NCBI GenBank assembly: GCA_035536275.1
Contig: DATLOL010000056.1
Coordinates: forward strand, 1,339 to 65,338
Source of the DNA: Thermoanaerobaculia bacterium
Lineage (GTDB): Bacteria; Acidobacteriota; Thermoanaerobaculia; Gp7-AA8
Direction of reading: 5' to 3'
DNA length: 64,000 bases
Positions 25,419 through 37,478 of the stretch are shown here, in pieces. The position numbers and the translations under genes were made by a program. The notes under the pieces are model-generated. The model searched no databases. It was not told the DNA's origin and was given only the letters and a program-made list of their open reading frames with translations. The first letter of the stretch is position 1; every line of letters starts with the position of its first letter.

Positions 25419-27496
25419 GTCTCCGCGAGCTCGTCCTCCGCCATCGCAAGGACCCGCGGTTCATCGTGTCCGTGCCGCTGGTGATTCTTGCGGTGACGAG
25501 TCTCATCTACTACGTCACCCAGCAGGCCAAGGAGCTGACGCCCGACGCGCTGGGTAACCGCCTGCTGCTGTTCGTCCTCTGGAACATCAATCTCCTCCTC
25601 ATCATCGGCATACTGTTCGTGCTGCTGCGGGGCGTGGTCAAGCTGGTCCTCGAGCGCCAGCGCGGCATCATCGGCTCGCGTTTCCGCACGAAGCTCGTCG
25701 TGACCTACATCGCCACGTCGCTGCTTCCGGTGATCGTGCTATTCCTCGTCGCGACGGATCTTCTCCACGTCTCCATCGACCGCTGGTTTGCCACGCCCGT
25801 CCGGACCATCGTCAGCAACAGCGAGCAGATCGCGCAGCGCGCGCAGGATCAGACCGCCCGGGTGGCCGAGGGGGCGGCGCGGGAGATCGCGTCGAGCAGC
25901 GATGCCCGCGACGCCGCCCATGTCGACACCGTCCTCGCGCACGTACGCCAGTTCCACAACGTGGACATGGCCGCCGTCTATCGCGGCGGCATCCTCCTCA
26001 AGGCCCAGGCCGACCCGCGCGCGCCGATTCAGGAGGTCGCCGACCCGAGTACGCGCTTCTTCGAGGAAGTCGCGCAGAAGGGGCGGGCCGTGAAGATCGA
26101 CGTCACGACGAGCGGGAAGTGGATCCGCACCGCCGTGCCCATCGCCGGAGACGACGTGGCGCTGGCCGGCGTGTTCCTCCCCTCGACGACGAGTCAGATG
26201 ATCGACCAGTCGATCATCGCCTACCGCGATTTCCAGCAGCTCTACACGCAGCGCGACCGGCTCAAGGCAACGCAGACGATGCTGTTCCTCGCCGTCACGC
26301 TGGCCATTCTCTTCGGCACGCTCTGGACGTCGATCTACGCGTCGCGGCGCATCACCGTGCCGATCAAGGCGCTGGCCGAGGCGACGGCGCGGCTGGCGGA
26401 GGGCGGGTACGGACATCGGGTTGAGGTCGAGGCCACCGACGAGGTCGGGCGCCTGATCACCTCCTTCAACCAGATGTCGGGGACGCTCGCCGAGCAGCGC
26501 CGGCAGCTCACCGAGACCAACCGCTTCATGACCACGGTGCTCGAGAGCGTGAGCACGGGCATCATCGCCTTCACCGACGAGCTGCAGGTCCTCTCCATCA
26601 ACCGCGCGGCGCTGCAGATGCTCGAGCTCGGAGCCGTGAACGCCGGCGTGTCACTCTCGGAGATCCTTGACGGCGATCTGGAGCCCGTCGCGCAGGCCAT
26701 TCAGGAGCTGACCAGCGGTCGAGCACGCGCGCGCGAGGTGGCGGTCATCGTCAACGGCGAGCTGCATTACCTCGAGCTCTCCGCCGCCCGCCTCGGCAGC
26801 GGCGCCGGATGGGTGCTCGCCCTCGAGAACTCCACGCAGCTCGTGCAGGCCCAGAAGCTCGCCGCCTGGAACGAGGCCGCGCGCCGCATCGCCCACGAGA
26901 TCAAGAACCCGCTCACGCCGATCCAGCTCTCCGCCGAGCGGATCGCGCGCAAGTTCGGCAAAGACGACGCGTCCATCGAGGAAGGCTGCCGGATCATCGT
27001 CGACGAAGTCGGCCACCTCAAGCGGATGGTCGACGAGTTCGCGCGCTTCGCGCGCATGCCCGCGATTCATCTGCGCCACGCGCAGCTCGCCGAGATCCTG
27101 CAGCAGGCCTCGAGTCTCTACCGCGACGTGAAGCCGAGCGTGACCATCTCCGTCGACGTCGCGACCGACATCGAGCTGCTCATGGACCCCGAACAGATCC
27201 GCCGCGCAGTCGGCAATCTGCTGAAGAACGCCGTCGAGGCCACCGAGTCGGGCGACATCCGGGTGTCGGCGCGGCGCGCGCCGCATCGCGTCGTCATCGA
27301 GGTCGCCGATCCGGGACGCGGCGTTCCCGACTCCGACAAGGACAAGCTCTTCCTCCCGTACTTTTCGACGAAAGGACGCGGCACCGGCCTCGGCCTCGCC
27401 ATCGTGCACCGCATCGTGCGCGACCACGACGGCCAGATTCACGTGCACGACAACCATCCGAAAGGAACACGCTTCGAGATCGAGCTGCCGGCGTAA
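25415..27496 (+). CDS. NtrY-like membrane sensor histidine kinase (TM, HAMP, PAS, HisKA, HATPase)
   Basis: 693 aa. N-terminal TMs, HAMP 'RITVPIKALAEATARLAEGGYGHRVE', H-box 'RIAHEIKNPLTPIQLSAERI', N-box 'NLLKNAVEA', 'DPGRGV', 'GTGLGLAIV'. Confidence 0.85.
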   Translation: MSLRELVLRHRKDPRFIVSVPLVILAVTSLIYYVTQQAKELTPDALGNRLLLFVLWNINLLLIIGILFVLLRGVVKLVLERQRGIIGSRFRTKLVVTYIATSLLPVIVLFLVATDLLHVSIDRWFATPVRTIVSNSEQIAQRAQDQTARVAEGAAREIASSSDARDAAHVDTVLAHVRQFHNVDMAAVYRGGILLKAQADPRAPIQEVADPSTRFFEEVAQKGRAVKIDVTTSGKWIRTAVPIAGDDVALAGVFLPSTTSQMIDQSIIAYRDFQQLYTQRDRLKATQTMLFLAVTLAILFGTLWTSIYASRRITVPIKALAEATARLAEGGYGHRVEVEATDEVGRLITSFNQMSGTLAEQRRQLTETNRFMTTVLESVSTGIIAFTDELQVLSINRAALQMLELGAVNAGVSLSEILDGDLEPVAQAIQELTSGRARAREVAVIVNGELHYLELSAARLGSGAGWVLALENSTQLVQAQKLAAWNEAARRIAHEIKNPLTPIQLSAERIARKFGKDDASIEEGCRIIVDEVGHLKRMVDEFARFARMPAIHLRHAQLAEILQQASSLYRDVKPSVTISVDVATDIELLMDPEQIRRAVGNLLKNAVEATESGDIRVSARRAPHRVVIEVADPGRGVPDSDKDKLFLPYFSTKGRGTGLGLAIVHRIVRDHDGQIHVHDNHPKGTRFEIELPA

Positions 27497-27499
27497 GTC

Positions 27500-28846
<1,347 letters not shown>

Positions 28847-28851
28847 GGCAC

Positions 28852-28960
28852 GTGGTTGCCGGTGGCTCCGCGCGCCTCCGGCGCGCTGTTCCTGGTTGCT
28901 CGCGGTGCAGCGCCTGAAACCCAGCCAACCGCCAGCAACCAGCAACCAGAAACCAGCAAC
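28852..28960. repeat. CAGCAAC/GTTGCTG heptamer element with an embedded GC hairpin (same family as 5303-5447)
   Basis: GCGCGCC-TCC-GGCGCGC hairpin (28870-28886), CTGGTTGCT on the left, then CAGCAAC CAGCAAC CAGAAAC CAGCAAC (28933-28960) on the right. It lies directly after the ntrX-like stop. Confidence 0.7.
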
Positions 28961-29046
28961 AATCCCGGGAATGCACCTCACCCTCATGGCGTTAGCTGCG
29001 ATGCTTGACAGCGATCCGTGGCATCACTACAGTTCGCCGTCCGTAA

Positions 29047-30517
<1,471 letters not shown>

Positions 30518-30521
<4 letters not shown>

Positions 30522-30793
30522 CTGCTCGCGACTCTCGGGCGCTGCTTCCGCGACTCGATCCATCTTTCGAGATCCGCCGCGTCATAGCGAACACCGCTCG
30601 CAATATTGTCGGTGAGTTTGACCCAGGTGGGACCAACACGGCGTGCTCGCCATTTGCGGAGGCAGAAAATCGTGACACCGAGCCGCTCTGCAGCCTCGGA
30701 TTCGTTCAGGAGTCCGTTCGACTGCACGGCGTCTCCACGATCCGTAGAGCTGAACTGATCACCCGGCAATGCCGCTCTTGATGTCTCTTTCAC
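30518..30793 (-). CDS. xis: Excisionase/AlpA-like HTH DNA-binding protein
   Basis: 91 aa with a GTG start. 'LLNESEAAERLGVTIFCLRKWRARRVGPTWVKL...RYDAADLERWIESRK' is typical of the HTH_17/excisionase family. Confidence 0.65.
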
Positions 30794-31035
30794 GGGGTGA
30801 CGTCCCGTGTTTGAACGTTGCGATCAGTTGGTGGAAGCTCCGACGAAGCAGTCGGCGCTGCACGCTCCGCACGCGATGAGCGCCGTCGCGATTCGGCATG
30901 CCCATCGAGTTGGCCGATGAGCCACGTCACGATCCGGAGGCGATCCGCGAGTACCTCGGGTGGATCGCTCGCTGCGAAGACGAGCGTGAGCGGCTCGCTG
31001 CCGGACGCTTTGATACCGAGTTCGATCCGTTGCAT
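30790..31035 (-). CDS. 81-aa hypothetical protein (about 45 structured residues plus a basic/Ser-rich tail)
   Basis: ATG 31035 is preceded by AAGGAG at 9 nt spacing. The stop forms a GTGA overlap with the xis-like start. 'MQRIELGIKASGSEPLTLVFAASDPPEVLADRLRIVTWLIGQLDG...'. Confidence 0.5.
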   Translation of the reverse strand: MQRIELGIKASGSEPLTLVFAASDPPEVLADRLRIVTWLIGQLDGHAESRRRSSRAERAAPTASSELPPTDRNVQTRDVTP

Positions 31036-31085
31036 CTGGTGTACTCCTTTCAATCGCCCAAAGCCGCACTGCAGCGGCATGCGCG

Positions 31086-31913
31086 TCAATCGGTCACAAT
31101 TGCCTTCTGGTCCGGTGTCGGCGCCGGATCGAACTCGATCAGCCCGACGAGCTCCTCCGACGTGGTATCGATGCGCCAGAACTCCAGCCGGCCACGGTGC
31201 GCATCCACGAGGACCGTGCCGCATCGACGAGCAGGCGGCCGTCGCACTGCGGAGGCGACGCGCTGCACGGTGTCGTGAACGCGCTCGCCGTCGCGCCAGT
31301 CGAGGATATGGGCCGGTATGGTGTCATTCGGGAATGCGAGCGTGAGCGTGCTCGACATCGGGACTAGGTCATGAAGGTGCATCACGGTGGTGGTCGACAC
31401 CGTGTCGCGGAGCGTCTGGAGCAGCGAGCCCGCCAGCACATCGCCGCCTTCGGTGAGGTACGCGCTCGATGCGGGGACCACCTGATCGGCGAGCACGTCG
31501 AGGAGCCGCAGGGTTGCGTCTCGCGCGGCGTCATCCGCAGCGGCGATGCTGCCTGCAAGGCCGAAGCACGTACCGCCAGAGGAGATCGGCCCGCGTCCCA
31601 CGAGCTGCCACAGGACCGCAGTGCCGCGGCTCCCTGCGACGAGGCGGCGCGTGACCGCCACAGAATCCAGTGCTGCAACCAGCACGTGAGCGTGCGTCGC
31701 GCGCGGAAGAACCTGCTCCGCGTCCGCCGTCATCGTTTCGACCACTACATCGCTCGCGCGTGCGCGCATGTGGAGCGCGCCGGCATCGGCGCGCCCTGGC
31801 TTCGCATCGACGAGGAGCCACGAGCCGAGGCGTGCAGGTGCGGTCACGGCGTCCAGAATTCGCGTGCCGCCGCGGTGCACGCCGGCCAGGATGATGTCTG
31901 CGTGGGATGTCAT
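31086..31913 (-). CDS. 275-aa hypothetical protein with a Rossmann-like N-terminal half (weak ThiF/E1-like resemblance, speculative)
   Basis: ATG 31913 forms an ATGA overlap with the vWA gene stop. 'DIILAGVHRGGTRILDAV...WLLVDAKPG', 'HVLVAALDSVAVTRRL', 'GRGPISSGGTCFGLAG'. Confidence 0.5.
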   Translation of the reverse strand: MTSHADIILAGVHRGGTRILDAVTAPARLGSWLLVDAKPGRADAGALHMRARASDVVVETMTADAEQVLPRATHAHVLVAALDSVAVTRRLVAGSRGTAVLWQLVGRGPISSGGTCFGLAGSIAAADDAARDATLRLLDVLADQVVPASSAYLTEGGDVLAGSLLQTLRDTVSTTTVMHLHDLVPMSSTLTLAFPNDTIPAHILDWRDGERVHDTVQRVASAVRRPPARRCGTVLVDAHRGRLEFWRIDTTSEELVGLIEFDPAPTPDQKAIVTD

Positions 31914-33016
31914 GGCATGTCCTCCTCGATCGATTGCGCCGTTGGAAGATCGGAGCAGCGCGTCGCGACGTGCACGCGTGTCGGACCGAAGGCGGCGCCA
32001 GCCGCCGTCCACGCGCTGCGCCGGGCCTGATCCGCGCGCGCGGCGGCGCGTTGCGGCGCGCCCTCTCGCAGCCCACCGAAGTGGAACCCGCAGAGACCGA
32101 ACTCGACATGTCGGAGATCAGGTGCGAGTCCGGCGTTCCGTATGGCGGCGATGAACGGCTCCGGATTCGGAATTGTGGTGTCAAAATCACCGAGCGCACT
32201 CAGCTGCCTGCCATCGCTCAGCAGCACGATCTCCTTCTCCCCCGTGCGCGTTCGCAGCCGATCCGCGGCGATGTACATCGCCTCTACGATGGCGGAGCCG
32301 GCATCGCGGTCACGTTCAAGCGGAAGCGCCGCGACGCGTGCGCGCGCGTCGAGCAGGGCGAGGAGCCGTGCTGCGGCGCTACCGGCAGGAGTTTGGACGG
32401 AAAAGAGCTCCGCCGTCGTGGGGAGGTCCCGGCCGATGCGCAGGATCGTCAACGAACTGCCTTCAGGCGCCGCACGCCCGAGCCATCGGTCGTAGAGGGC
32501 CAGAAGCGAGGCCATAGAGCAGGCGTCTGCCGTCCCGATGGACGGTGAGCGATCGCAGAGGAGGATGACGTGGCGGGCCAGTGACGTACCGGTCGCCCAG
32601 CGCGCGAGATCCACGGGGACGGTCGTGCGGTCGGCAGACAGCACGGTGTCCGGCGGAAACTCCACGCTCCGTGCGGACTGCCACCGCACCAGCGAGCCCG
32701 CCGCGTCTTGGAGCATGCGCATGCTATCCGCCCGAAATGCCGCTTTCGCTCGTAGGACATGCGGCCCCCATCGGACGGGCACAATGATCGGCGCCGTACA
32801 CCGCGCCCCCTCGGCATCCGCGTTCGGCGCGCAGACGCGAAACGTCGAGCCTGCGGCCGTCAGGCTGTCACGCATCCACGTCTCCAACTGCGGCGCCGCG
32901 TCAGCTGTGCGTTGGAGATCCGGAACGAGGACGAGATGGTGCTGCGGCGACGGATAGGGGCCACCGCACGCGGTCGCAAGGGTAGCCAGAATGATCGCGG
33001 CCAGGAGCGTTCTCAT
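31910..33016 (-). CDS. von Willebrand factor A (vWA) domain lipoprotein
   Basis: ATG 33016 is preceded by GGAGGAGG. Signal/lipobox-like 'MRTLLAAIILATLATAC|GG'. MIDAS 'VILLCDRSPSIG' (DxSxS) and 'IVLLSDGRQ'. Confidence 0.7.
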   Translation of the reverse strand: MRTLLAAIILATLATACGGPYPSPQHHLVLVPDLQRTADAAPQLETWMRDSLTAAGSTFRVCAPNADAEGARCTAPIIVPVRWGPHVLRAKAAFRADSMRMLQDAAGSLVRWQSARSVEFPPDTVLSADRTTVPVDLARWATGTSLARHVILLCDRSPSIGTADACSMASLLALYDRWLGRAAPEGSSLTILRIGRDLPTTAELFSVQTPAGSAAARLLALLDARARVAALPLERDRDAGSAIVEAMYIAADRLRTRTGEKEIVLLSDGRQLSALGDFDTTIPNPEPFIAAIRNAGLAPDLRHVEFGLCGFHFGGLREGAPQRAAARADQARRSAWTAAGAAFGPTRVHVATRCSDLPTAQSIEEDMP

Positions 33017-34386
33017 TGCCTCCTCCACATCGTGGCGACGGCCGGCTCGCCGGCAAGCAGATCGTCCCGTCCGTACTGGTGGGCAAGCGCGCCAAAAATT
33101 TGGGTGTCGGCGGTCAGCCCCGCGTCGAGGACGTTCAGCCACGTCTCGCGTTGTTCCTTGATGGCTTCACCGGCTTCAAGGAGGGATTGCAGGTATGACT
33201 GCAGTTCGGCAATCGCCTGCTCATGCTCCGCGTCAAGCCGCGCACGAGCGTCGCCGAGATCGTCCAGGCGGCGTTCGGTGTCGCGCAGCGTGATGCCGAT
33301 GAACGTGATGGCTTGTGTGTGTGTGTCGCGGTCCCTGCGGAACGCGTCGCGCTGCTCGCGGAGTACCGCGAGTGTCTGGCGGTGCCGCGCGAGCTGCGAT
33401 GCGGCCATCGCGCCTCCGAGGAGCATGGCGGCGTGAAACCCGCCGAGCCCGAGATGCGTGATGATCGACTCGGGAGCTCCGCCCGCGGCGACGCTGTACG
33501 TCCCGCGGAGCCACGCGATGAATGCGAGCAGACTGAGGACGAAGACCACGACGCCCGCGGCGGCGACGAGCGGTGCGAACGCCGCATCCTGCGTCGTCCG
33601 CGCCGTGGCGAACCGCACGGTCACGTGCGTGACGAAGCGGAGCAGGCGGACGAGGACCACCGTCACGAAGAATGCAGCACCGACAGTCGGGACGAGGAGG
33701 TGGGCGCCGCGCGAGATGGCCGCAGGCGTGGAGAGGTCAATGCCGCCGGCATCCGCAAGGGCTGTGGTGAGCCACGCCGTCTCCACGCCGAGCGCGAGCA
33801 CATACAGCAGTGCAGCGGTGATGACGGCCGTCCACGTTGGCCACGTCCTGGGCGGCGCTGTTGGCATTTGGAGGGCAGCGGCCTGACAGCGACGGAGTGC
33901 GTCGCGGTGCCTTTCCTGCTGCTCGCGCATCCGGCGTACGTCGGCCGTCACGCGCTGGCGCTCTTCGTCACTTTCCGCAACTCGCCGCATCGTCCGTGCT
34001 CGGCGCACGGTGATTTCGGCAATGACGTACCGAATCGCCGCCGCGAGCGGATGGGTCGCGGCGGGGGGTGGCTCCGCCGACGGATCGCCAAGCACGAAGT
34101 CGGACGGCACGCGGGCATCGAACGAACCCCGCGCGAGCCTGCCCTCCGTCGTGACGTCGAGGGGCGGCAGAAACGGAAGGAGCGGAGAAGGGATCGCGGT
34201 GCGGTACGCCGTGAGGCGGCTCCGCACGAAGGCAGCGCGCGATTGTCCGGCCCTCACCGCCCTGCGGGCTTTGAACCACGCGAGGACACCGCGGCCGCGT
34301 ACGCGCGCGACCGAGAGGGAGGAGGGGCGAGCCTTGACAGCTCGTGAGGGAAATATATCTTTTAGTCTGTCCAGAAGTGGCTGCAT
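33013..34386 (-). CDS. Four-TM protein flanked by long Arg/Glu-rich coiled-coil segments, function unknown
   Basis: ATG 34386 (MQPLLDRLKDIF...) is preceded by GAGGAAG. TMs are about 'WTAVITAALLYVLALGV', 'LLVPTVGAAFFVTVVLVRLL', 'LVAAAGVVVFVLSLLAFIAWL', 'LGLGGFHAAMLLGGAMAA'. ATGA overlap with the vWA gene. Confidence 0.6.
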   Translation of the reverse strand: MQPLLDRLKDIFPSRAVKARPSSLSVARVRGRGVLAWFKARRAVRAGQSRAAFVRSRLTAYRTAIPSPLLPFLPPLDVTTEGRLARGSFDARVPSDFVLGDPSAEPPPAATHPLAAAIRYVIAEITVRRARTMRRVAESDEERQRVTADVRRMREQQERHRDALRRCQAAALQMPTAPPRTWPTWTAVITAALLYVLALGVETAWLTTALADAGGIDLSTPAAISRGAHLLVPTVGAAFFVTVVLVRLLRFVTHVTVRFATARTTQDAAFAPLVAAAGVVVFVLSLLAFIAWLRGTYSVAAGGAPESIITHLGLGGFHAAMLLGGAMAASQLARHRQTLAVLREQRDAFRRDRDTHTQAITFIGITLRDTERRLDDLGDARARLDAEHEQAIAELQSYLQSLLEAGEAIKEQRETWLNVLDAGLTADTQIFGALAHQYGRDDLLAGEPAVATMWRRQ

Positions 34387-34608
34387 CGTGTGCTTCCTCA
34401 AAAGCGTTGTGGATGTGGCCGCGGATGGACCCGCGGCGGTTGTCGCTGCGGAAACGCTCGACCGCGGGAACGGTCGGGCGTTTGTCCTGGCCGGCCTACG
34501 GAGGGCGAGGATGCAGGTAGCTCATGCCACCGCACACTAAACTGTCGAGGCACCCTCAGGCCGCACGACAAGCGCGAAAAAGACCGACAGTAACGACATC
34601 TTCCCGAC

Positions 34609-37251
34609 ATGAACGTGTTGGGGGCCCGTGCGATCATCGTGGGAGCGATGGTTTCGCGAAATCATGCTCCCGAAGACGCACGACGCTACGCGCTCGCGGT
34701 TGACGAATTCATCGCCGCGTACAAACGACGCGAAGGCAAGCGGTGGCACGACGCCAGCGGGCCGAATTCAGTCTTCATGCAGCTCGCGTCCGACCTTCGC
34801 GAGTGGGTCGCGGCCGGGCAGAAAGAGGGCGGCCAAGTCCGTCACGAACGGTCGGGCCTCGCAGACACGATTGCCCTCGACAGCAAAGAAGTCATTGGAA
34901 AGGACTACCTCTCAACCGCCCTAGGACGTATCCGCACCCGGCTCCGAGGGCTAGAGGTGTTTGATCAGCAAGGTTTTTTCTGTGACTCAAGCGCGGTCTG
35001 GCTGCAGATCATCGGCCCCACGCATGACGACGACAAGAGCGTCTGGTTTGACGCCACGTTCACCGAACCGCTCGATGCGCGTTCGCGCAGGATTGGCCAG
35101 CGACTGCCGCCTGCACCGCTCCCGGCGTTGCCACTCCACTTCGTCGGACGGACGGAGCTCGTTGCAGAGGTTGGCCGCCGCCTCACGGATGCCCACCGCG
35201 GTCTCGTCGGCTTCCACGGCGACGCCTTAATCGGTAAAACAGCTACGGCCATCGCCGTTGCGGAGGCCATTCGAGATCGCTTCCCTGACGCGTACTTCGT
35301 CGCGCTCGATGCCAGCCGCGGTGGATCGTCAGACGCACTCACGCTGCTCCGGAAAGTGGTGGGCGCGGGGGCTATCGGCGCCCATGACGATGTCGGCGAG
35401 CTGCGTCGACGATTTCGGGCGGCAATGAGTGGCCGCCGAGGGGTCATCATTTTCGATGACGTGAATCGCGCCGATGCGTTTATCGATCTGGTGCCGCCAG
35501 TAGGCTTCGTGTTCGCCCTCACAACGCATGCGAAACTTCCGATTCCCGGCGTCGACTGGATCGAGGTACCGCGACTGTCCGCGTACGCCAGTCGCGAACT
35601 GATCGAGCGCCTGGGTCCACACATCAATGATGAAGACGCGATCGGCTCCATCGCCGCGTACTGCGAGGGGAACCCCGCTGCTCTCTCCGCCGCAGCCACC
35701 TTTCTCACGCTCAATCGGTGGGACAGCGCGCGGAGCTACGTGATGGACTTGCGGTCGATGGAGTGGGATCTGCTCGCGTCGAGCGTGGTGGCCGATGCAC
35801 CCCTGAAGATCCTGTGTTCTCAAGTCTATGAGAACCTGCCGGAGGAAGCCAAATCTACCTATCGACGGCTTGGGATGTTCTCGGGTCGCTTCTCACATGA
35901 AGCCGCCGGTGCAGTACTCGGTCTCTCGACGCAACACGACCTCGCGCCGCTAATCCGATGCGGAGCGTTGCAGTTTGACGACGCATCTGTTACGTACCGC
36001 GTGCCGCTCATGATCCGCTGGCATGCCCGATCACTGCTCACGGCGAGCGATCGTGAGATCACAGCGCCGGCTCACGCTCAACACTACGCGCGTCTGGCCA
36101 AGCGAACGCTCGAAGGGGGCGAGGTTGCCTGCGAGGAACTGCGGTGGAGTTCTCAGGATCTGTGGGATGCGCTTTCCTTCACCGGCCGCAAGGCCGAAGC
36201 AGACCATGTCCTCACCATGTCGTATCGTGATCTCTGCCGTGTACTGCTGCCAGGACGGTTGCCGCGCCCCTTCGAAGACGCCGATGTCCTCAATATCGAG
36301 GAAATCCTCTTGCACTTTGCGGTGACGGAGAACAGTCCGGCACTTGCGACGGCCTACGCAACGGGATGGCTTCTCGCTGGTCGACGGCATGGGCGCGCCG
36401 ACTACCTCGAAACCGCCCTCCGCCTGGCACCTGAAGATGTCGAGATCGAGCAGCATGCATTTGCGGCTCTCGTGGATGTTGCGCGGCAACAAGCTCCCCA
36501 TTCCGCGAAGAGAGTCGCCGAGGCCTTGGTGCGAGCCGGACAGGCGCGGTCCCCTTCGGAAATCTCCCTTCGCGGGCTCCAAGAAGCCGCGATTCTGTAC
36601 GCACTGCTCGGTTCACCCACGAGAGCCGCCGATGCGCTTGAGTTGTTGCGCCATGGTTTTGGCAAGCTTCAACAGAGGCGATCCGCGGCACAGCGCGCGG
36701 TCCACGTCAGCATTCGAGCGATAGTCGAGCTTGCGCGCCGGCAGTGGAACGCAGCGCTACAAACGCTGCGCCGTGCCTACAGGTTAGGCGACCGGCGCGA
36801 TGAGGCGTTTGACGCGCAGCTGTCGGCACTTGCTGCAATCGCGCACGCCGCTAGGGGGAACACCTCTCGGGCAACATCCCTCGCGAGCGACGCAAGTGGT
36901 TGCTACCGCCGCGACGCCATCACCGGCCTCGCAGCAGCCCACGCCTACATTCGTATGAACGAGTACAAGGAGGCAGCTCGCGCGCTTATGATTGCGTTCG
37001 GACCGCGACGTCGCATGCGTGATGTCCACGACGAATTGTGCCAAGCATTGGCCTACTATCTTCACGCGCAAGTGATGCGCATCATCGACGGCGATCCCGC
37101 GGCTGCGACGGCGAGCGCGATGTCTGCTGAGATGTTGCTGCGACAGCACGGCTCTCGCTTTGCGTCATTCGCGAAGAGGCTCGTTGTGATCCTGCGAAGG
37201 CGTGCGCAGACCGGTACGAACGTTGATCACACCGGGCGATCTCAGACGTGA
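34609..37251 (+). CDS. STAND-class NTPase (NB-ARC-like P-loop plus C-terminal helical/TPR-like repeats) with an unassigned about 190-aa N-terminal domain
   Basis: 880 aa; the start could also be ATG 34648. 'FVGRTELVAEVGRRL...LVGFHGDALIGKTATAIAVAEA' (Walker A GxxxxGKT), 'RGVIIFDDV' (Walker B), then a long Ala/Leu/Arg-rich helical repeat region. Confidence 0.75.
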   Translation: MNVLGARAIIVGAMVSRNHAPEDARRYALAVDEFIAAYKRREGKRWHDASGPNSVFMQLASDLREWVAAGQKEGGQVRHERSGLADTIALDSKEVIGKDYLSTALGRIRTRLRGLEVFDQQGFFCDSSAVWLQIIGPTHDDDKSVWFDATFTEPLDARSRRIGQRLPPAPLPALPLHFVGRTELVAEVGRRLTDAHRGLVGFHGDALIGKTATAIAVAEAIRDRFPDAYFVALDASRGGSSDALTLLRKVVGAGAIGAHDDVGELRRRFRAAMSGRRGVIIFDDVNRADAFIDLVPPVGFVFALTTHAKLPIPGVDWIEVPRLSAYASRELIERLGPHINDEDAIGSIAAYCEGNPAALSAAATFLTLNRWDSARSYVMDLRSMEWDLLASSVVADAPLKILCSQVYENLPEEAKSTYRRLGMFSGRFSHEAAGAVLGLSTQHDLAPLIRCGALQFDDASVTYRVPLMIRWHARSLLTASDREITAPAHAQHYARLAKRTLEGGEVACEELRWSSQDLWDALSFTGRKAEADHVLTMSYRDLCRVLLPGRLPRPFEDADVLNIEEILLHFAVTENSPALATAYATGWLLAGRRHGRADYLETALRLAPEDVEIEQHAFAALVDVARQQAPHSAKRVAEALVRAGQARSPSEISLRGLQEAAILYALLGSPTRAADALELLRHGFGKLQQRRSAAQRAVHVSIRAIVELARRQWNAALQTLRRAYRLGDRRDEAFDAQLSALAAIAHAARGNTSRATSLASDASGCYRRDAITGLAAAHAYIRMNEYKEAARALMIAFGPRRRMRDVHDELCQALAYYLHAQVMRIIDGDPAAATASAMSAEMLLRQHGSRFASFAKRLVVILRRRAQTGTNVDHTGRSQT

Positions 37252-37478
37252 CCAGCGTACGCTCTCCGCACAAGAAGGCCGCTCCACGTCGCCGTGCGGA
37301 GCGGGTGCCGGAACGGAGACCTACCCCAACTCCTCGTGGCCTCCTTCGGCTCGCGTCGGGAACCGAGAAGGGTGGGGATACAGCGATCGCCAAGTTGCGA
37401 GAACAACACGGCTTAGCGTCCGCAAGACGTGGAATCGAATCCACACGCCCAGTCCACAGTGCCAAGGAGAGCGAAACA

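Noticed and set aside
31086-31913. Calling the 275-aa protein a ubiquitin-activating (E1/ThiF) enzyme and the 81-aa protein a ubiquitin-like partner
   Set aside because: The resemblance is limited to a loose Rossmann pattern. The glycine-rich ATP loop is not intact ('GVHRGG'). No catalytic Cys context is present, and the small protein does not end in Gly-Gly. I kept this only as a speculative note.
37248-37478. Long form (136 aa) of the zinc-ribbon ORF starting at the GTG that overlaps the STAND stop
   Set aside because: This is not fully rejected. The N-terminal 77 aa are Arg/Pro-rich and disordered-looking, and a strong AAGGAGA precedes the internal ATG 37479. I therefore annotated the short form and flagged the alternative.
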